Source: an uncultured virus (IMG/VR IMGVR_UViG_3300009159_000038)
Taxonomy: Duplodnaviria > Heunggongvirae > Uroviricota > Caudoviricetes
Virus record (IMG/VR): IMGVR_UViG_3300009159_000038
Location: 1 to 64,000 of that record
Direction: 5' to 3' (one strand)
DNA length: 64,000 nucleotides
Under the pieces are notes generated by a model. That model had not been told where the DNA came from. It was given only the letters and a program-made list of their open reading frames with translations, and searched no databases. This document shows positions 59,176 to 64,000 of this stretch, in pieces. The position numbers and the translations under genes were made by a program. Numbering within the stretch: position 1 is the stretch's first letter; every line of letters begins with the position of its first letter.

Positions 59176-61770
59176 ATGGCTACATCTTCAAAATTTATTT
59201 TACTTAATGATGCGGTATTGATGGAATACATCTATGCGGATCAGGCTCAAATAAATGTACCAGGGAACGAATTCCGTATCCCTACTACAACTGCACCGTT
59301 ATGGAAGACTCAAAATCTACATACCGGAGAATATCAAATTCTTAATGATGATGCTTGTGGAATAATTCAGGATGGTCTTCCAGTAGGAACGGCTAATATC
59401 CGAAATCATTCATATGCTCAAATCTCAAGATCTAAAGTTGCAGAATTAGATATTGATCGTATTGTATTCTATAATGATTTCGATACAGATCTTACTTCGT
59501 CTGCTAGTTTACCTATCAGTTTCAACACAGGAAAATCTCCGGTATATGATACTGTCAAATTTCATCTTGTACAAGGATTTAATTTTCAAGGTAATGAAGC
59601 TTTTGCGGCATCAATAAAAGCCAAGAAGAGAAATGGAACTAATCTAATTTTAGCCAATATACTTTATTCTAAATCAGATGCATGGGAAACTCTTAATCCA
59701 TCATCATTCTTATTTGGTGGTAGAGTTTATGATTCATATGTAGAAGTAAGAGTTCTTTCTCTTTACAATCTAGTATATGATTATTGGTATACTACACTTA
59801 ATGGAGATTCAGTTGCTGAAAAAATTACGGATGGATCCGGTTTTGAACCTTCTCAAAATATACAAATAGATTTTAGATTTTTGAATAATCCAACTTTTGT
59901 TGATGGACAAAATTATCTAACTTTTTACGAAGGAGTTCAAGCAGAAATACCTACTAAAGATCAATTCGAATCTATTAGTGCTTATATTGCAGAATCTAAT
60001 GATGGTGATTATATAGAATTTTATGGAAAATTCAATGGTGATATTATCGAGAATTTTATTCTAGATATTAATGCATCTGGTTATGATTACATGTTACTTC
60101 ACGATTTAGTCGTTTCTGAATATGTTTACGATCAAACTAGTGCAACTTATGCGTGGGTACAAACTGCCGATGTTCAACTTTCACAAGTTGACAATTATGA
60201 TTTACCCAATACATTTCGTCCAGTAATTAAGAACACGAATGCAATATCTTTTAAAATAGATTATGTACTTCGACTATATAATAGATCAGATAATTCACAA
60301 ATTTGGAAAGCCTCATCTATGATTTCTAGTAAGGTTAATAAATATGGAAGAGTTCTTAAGGCTATTAATTTAGGTTCAAATCCTATTCAACTTAAAGTAT
60401 ACAATCAATTAGTATCTAAAGAAATAAATTTACAAAGGGCTTTAGATCCAGTCATTAGCAATGTAAGATATTTGACATCGTTCACCGACAATAACGCTAT
60501 TTCTATCGCATGGGATAATATTACTACTGGTGGAACTGCCACTCAAGGAACTATTCAAAATGTGTTACAAAACGGAACTAATCTGAGAATATATCCTCAA
60601 AGTTTAGGAAGAATAATGGTATCTAAAGGAACCTCGTATGTACGTTTTACTTTATATCAGACTAAAAATAATGCTAATACAATTCTAGATCTTTCTGGTC
60701 TAGGTGATGTTATTTTAGAATTTGGATCTAATACTGATGAATCTATTACATTTGATGAATTTCCAACAACGGCAGCCGATAAAGCAAGAGGTCAAGTTGT
60801 ATTTCGTTTAAATGAAACTCAATCAACTAATATTCTAGGTTTAAAAAATCGAGAATTTAATCTTTACATACGAAATGAAAAGGGAACTACTGCCGGTTTA
60901 ACCGGAGTAACTTCTATGGAAATAACCAATACAGCAGCAGCTAATGCTGCATCCTCTAGAGGAGAAAAACAACAACTCTATACTGGTAAATTCTATTCAT
61001 CTAGCGAATATGCTAAATTAAAAGAAATTGATAAAATTGAAGATCTTCTAATAACCATTAACGAAAAAAATGGTCAAATCAGTAGACAAGAAACGATTAT
61101 CGTTGAAAGAAATTCTACCGTTGTTAACAAAGATAATCAAATTTCATCTCTTAATTCTCAATTAACTAAATCTAATTCAGATTTATCTCAGGCTTTAACA
61201 AATAACGCTGCATTAGTAGCAGCAGATAATATAGAAGACGCTGAATTCAATGCAACAATTGCTTCATTATCAAAACAATTATCTACAATTCAATCCGTAG
61301 TAGGACAACAAACTACATTTATACAAAATATAAGTAATGAAAAGACTACATTGACTAACGAGAATAATCGTTTGCTAGCTTTAATAAGTACTCTTAATGC
61401 AACAATCTCTGCTTTACGAGCAGTTCCAGTTCAACAACCGATTCAGACTTTTACTCCTATAGAAGTTAGAAACTTTGGAACTTCTAGTAGTATTTCTGCG
61501 AATACCAATTTGATAAGCTCTCCTACTGCAATAACTAGAAATGAAGTAGCAGTATTACCTCCTTCTTCTTCAGTTATATCTAGTCCTGTTCCTAGTTTTG
61601 CAGTTACTCCAGTATCAGCTCCTAGAGTGGTAACGGTTTCTCCGAATGTAATTGCCGCTCCATCGGTAACAATTTCAGTTCCTGCACCTTTCCAAACTGC
61701 AATTAAAGGAACTAATGTTAAAGGAACTAATGTTAAAGGAACTTCATCTAAAGGAACAAATCAACAATAA
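59176..61770 (+). CDS. Structural protein with C-terminal coiled coil and P/S/T/V-rich tail
   Basis: 864-aa ORF ending KGTNVKGTNVKGTSSKGTN. Confidence 0.55.
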   Translation: MATSSKFILLNDAVLMEYIYADQAQINVPGNEFRIPTTTAPLWKTQNLHTGEYQILNDDACGIIQDGLPVGTANIRNHSYAQISRSKVAELDIDRIVFYNDFDTDLTSSASLPISFNTGKSPVYDTVKFHLVQGFNFQGNEAFAASIKAKKRNGTNLILANILYSKSDAWETLNPSSFLFGGRVYDSYVEVRVLSLYNLVYDYWYTTLNGDSVAEKITDGSGFEPSQNIQIDFRFLNNPTFVDGQNYLTFYEGVQAEIPTKDQFESISAYIAESNDGDYIEFYGKFNGDIIENFILDINASGYDYMLLHDLVVSEYVYDQTSATYAWVQTADVQLSQVDNYDLPNTFRPVIKNTNAISFKIDYVLRLYNRSDNSQIWKASSMISSKVNKYGRVLKAINLGSNPIQLKVYNQLVSKEINLQRALDPVISNVRYLTSFTDNNAISIAWDNITTGGTATQGTIQNVLQNGTNLRIYPQSLGRIMVSKGTSYVRFTLYQTKNNANTILDLSGLGDVILEFGSNTDESITFDEFPTTAADKARGQVVFRLNETQSTNILGLKNREFNLYIRNEKGTTAGLTGVTSMEITNTAAANAASSRGEKQQLYTGKFYSSSEYAKLKEIDKIEDLLITINEKNGQISRQETIIVERNSTVVNKDNQISSLNSQLTKSNSDLSQALTNNAALVAADNIEDAEFNATIASLSKQLSTIQSVVGQQTTFIQNISNEKTTLTNENNRLLALISTLNATISALRAVPVQQPIQTFTPIEVRNFGTSSSISANTNLISSPTAITRNEVAVLPPSSSVISSPVPSFAVTPVSAPRVVTVSPNVIAAPSVTISVPAPFQTAIKGTNVKGTNVKGTSSKGTNQQ

Positions 61771-62337
61771 ATGATACTTCAAAATAGAAATGATCTTTTT
61801 AAAGTTGAGTTACCTAGAATATTCGTACCTCAAGAAATAAAAGATCGATACGCACCATACCTCTTTAGGATGCCAACTCCAGTAACGGATGTGGCCGATA
61901 TTGTGAATTATTCTATTCAATCAATAACTATTCCTAATTTTAATTTTCAACCAATTGAACAGGTTAAGCCTGGTTATTATGCAGAAGCTAAAGGTACTAC
62001 AAGAAGATTTCGTCAAGCTCTATCACCAGAGATGTTAATTGATAGAAACTTCACCGTCACATTTCAGCTGTTAGACGGAAATGTTAATTATTGGATATTA
62101 TTAGAAACATTCTTTCATTATTATAGCTTTGATAATCGTAATCCATATACATTTGATGTTCCTATTGGTATATTTGATGCTGAAGGAAATAAGATGTACT
62201 CATCAATATTCAAAGATTGTTTGTTTACCGGAATGAATCAATTCACACTTTCTTATTCAGAATTAACTCCTGAATTTAGAACCTTCGAAGCTACATTTGC
62301 ATTTAATGAGATAAAATTAGAATTTGAAACTCAATAA
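61771..62337 (+). CDS. Tail tube/tail terminator-like protein (T4 gp19/gp3 fold)
   Basis: IQSITIP, FTVTFQL...NYW, FKDC, TFEATFAFN. Confidence 0.55.
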   Translation: MILQNRNDLFKVELPRIFVPQEIKDRYAPYLFRMPTPVTDVADIVNYSIQSITIPNFNFQPIEQVKPGYYAEAKGTTRRFRQALSPEMLIDRNFTVTFQLLDGNVNYWILLETFFHYYSFDNRNPYTFDVPIGIFDAEGNKMYSSIFKDCLFTGMNQFTLSYSELTPEFRTFEATFAFNEIKLEFETQ

Positions 62338-62338
62338 A

Positions 62339-62977
62339 ATGAAATTTTACAAATATCATGAATTTCTAAATGAGGCATCTATTGCATCGGTGATTGATAG
62401 AATAGGAAATGAAGAGAATATTCAAATTGAAAATATGGATGATTATGTTAATCATTTCATAAATATAGGCGCAAAAAGGATTGCCGGCGGTTCATCTGCT
62501 GAAATACTCGAATACCAAGGTGGAGTTATCAAGATATATGCTCCTATCAATGATCCAGGAATGACTAGATATTTAGCATTTTGTTTATCTAATAAAACGA
62601 ATTCATATACTCCTAAAATAGAAAAAATTCTAAAGGTTTGGGCCAATGAAGAAAGATGGATATTTGCAGTATTCATGGAAAATCTAGAAAAACCAAGTGG
62701 AGATTTTACCAATGAATTAAACATGTATTTAGAAACTCAATTAAAGGGATATCGTTTCGGTAATAATAAAGAGGATACCAACTTTTTTGAAGGTTTAAAA
62801 TCTATTATAATTAAATATTCAAAAGATTCAGATAAAAAATCTTTAAACGATATAATTGCATTCCTTAATGGATCAATTGACAAATATCGATATCAGGTAG
62901 ATTTTGGTCCTCAGAATTGGATGATGCGAAGAGGTCAATTAGTTTTAATTGATCCATTTTGGCCAAGTATGGAATAG
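62339..62977 (+). CDS. T7 gp0.7-like Ser/Thr protein kinase with capsid-targeting-like leader
   Basis: IAGGSSA loop, VIK, DPG..YLAFC, FME, DFGPQNWM, LIDP; leader KYHEFLNEA. Confidence 0.7.
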   Translation: MKFYKYHEFLNEASIASVIDRIGNEENIQIENMDDYVNHFINIGAKRIAGGSSAEILEYQGGVIKIYAPINDPGMTRYLAFCLSNKTNSYTPKIEKILKVWANEERWIFAVFMENLEKPSGDFTNELNMYLETQLKGYRFGNNKEDTNFFEGLKSIIIKYSKDSDKKSLNDIIAFLNGSIDKYRYQVDFGPQNWMMRRGQLVLIDPFWPSME

Positions 62978-63014
62978 GATTGAATATATAAATTAATATA
63001 AAAACAACAAACTA

Positions 63015-63320
63015 ATGAATATCATTCCAACATTTGATGGATTTATTAACGAAGGAAAGATTTCCATCGGAAAAATGAATTTTTTTGTACGAGTTTTTAA
63101 CGATGCAAAAGGACTATACGTACAATTTATACCGGATGGCAAGACTTTAGATAAATTTTCTAAGAATGACATGGTAGAAAATATAAAAGATAAACTAGAT
63201 TCAGCAATGCCTCAATTTGCAAGTGCTCTTTGGTTCGCAATTGACAATCAAGCCACAGGAGTAATTTTCAGATTAGACCCATATAAATTAGAAGAAATAA
63301 TTACAAAAGCTATTAAATAA
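63015..63320 (+). CDS. Putative internal head protein
   Basis: MNIIPTFDGFINEG leader; AATATATA upstream. Confidence 0.6.
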   Translation: MNIIPTFDGFINEGKISIGKMNFFVRVFNDAKGLYVQFIPDGKTLDKFSKNDMVENIKDKLDSAMPQFASALWFAIDNQATGVIFRLDPYKLEEIITKAIK

Positions 63321-63685
63321 TGAAAACATTCAAAGAATATCTTATTGAAAGTAATACTTTCTCTGAAGAAGAAATCAAAGCACTTAATGAAAATCTTAAG
63401 TCTGAATTAACTGAAGCTGAAGAAGCTAAAATCGATAAAGCTATCAAAGAATTTTGTAGTCAATATCTTGATAAAAACAAGAATATAAAAGAATTTAATG
63501 AAGAGCTTACAAATGAAGGTTTTCTAGGATCTATCCTAGGAGGTCTTACCGGTTTTGCTCTAGGATCTTCGATCGGTAAAATTATTGCAAATGTACTAGG
63601 TATTGAGAGAGGCGTAATTTACGATTTACTAACAAGTAGACTTGTTGGAGCTGCATTAGGTGCTGCATTAGGAAAACGTGTATGA
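63320..63685 (+). CDS. Putative internal/ejected protein with glycine zipper
   Basis: MKTFKEYLIES leader; GSILGGLTGFALGSSIG and GAALGAALG. Confidence 0.6.
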   Translation: MKTFKEYLIESNTFSEEEIKALNENLKSELTEAEEAKIDKAIKEFCSQYLDKNKNIKEFNEELTNEGFLGSILGGLTGFALGSSIGKIIANVLGIERGVIYDLLTSRLVGAALGAALGKRV

Positions 63686-64000
63686 TAATAGGAATTGATT
63701 TCTCAATTAACAGTACAGCCGTATCTATAAACGAAGGAGGTAACCTCACTCTATTTTCATTCGTTCCAAATTTTCAATCAGGTAAAGCCGCATTCAGAAC
63801 ACATGATGCAATACGAGAAATTGTCACGGTTGTTAGCTATAATAAAGAACCTAATACTAAAGATAGTTTAGAAGATCAAAGAATTAAGATTCGTAATGCT
63901 AACGAATTATCCGATCAAATAATATCTCACATTAGACCTTATTTAGAAGAAGCAGAATTTATCAATATAGAAGGTTTCTCATTTGGATCTAAAGGAAATT
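63682..64000 (+). CDS. RuvC-like Holliday junction resolvase (partial)
   Basis: ATGA overlap; MIIGIDFSINSTAV ... INIEGFSFGSKG. Confidence 0.7.
   Translation, partial: MIIGIDFSINSTAVSINEGGNLTLFSFVPNFQSGKAAFRTHDAIREIVTVVSYNKEPNTKDSLEDQRIKIRNANELSDQIISHIRPYLEEAEFINIEGFSFGSKGN

Larger units (their letters stand above)
1..64000. mobile_element. Segment of a large T4-like myovirus (probably jumbo phage), likely Bacteroidota host
   Basis: gp53/gp5/gp25/gp6/gp13-like structural genes, T4-like nucleotide and modification genes, dense mostly co-oriented ORFs, no host housekeeping operons, TAnnTTTG promoters. Confidence 0.93.

Noticed and set aside
1..64000. Stop-codon reassignment
   Set aside because: Standard code gives long intact ORFs up to 2655 aa with tight packing; TAG and TGA end genes at sensible boundaries

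Overview
AT-rich, gene-dense segment of a large T4-like (contractile-tailed, probably jumbo) phage, read with the standard code. The host is most likely Bacteroidota: TAnnTTTG -7 promoters, A-rich leaders with no obvious Shine-Dalgarno, a VirE-N/BT4734-like gene and a D-S/T-x-rich lipoprotein. 1-18 kb holds nucleotide, DNA-modification and repair genes: Gmk, NAD ligase, an atypical thymidylate-synthase-fold enzyme with two glycosyltransferases (one T4 BGT-like), a dNMP kinase and a sugar epimerase, PDG- and MBD4-like glycosylases, HAD, dCMP deaminase, NDK and a STELLO-like GT. Small proteins carrying a T4 internal-protein-like capsid-targeting leader are interspersed. 18-24.6 kb holds a collagen-like fibre, a minus-strand tmRNA with a 23-aa tag, a small lipoprotein and hypothetical genes. 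24.6-62.3 kb is a baseplate/neck/tail module with a 4-domain ribosomal protein S1 homolog embedded in it. The right end has a T7 gp0.7-like kinase with a capsid-targeting leader, two more leader-bearing proteins and a RuvC-like gene. Best candidates for new biology: (i) a cytosine glyco-hypermodification pathway with non-canonical chemistry; (ii) a capsid-packaged cargo set including a protein kinase; (iii) phage tmRNA plus S1 translation control; (iv) possible virion glycosylation at G-x-T/S motifs. All family calls come from motifs recognised by eye and reference sequences recalled from memory; no searches were run.
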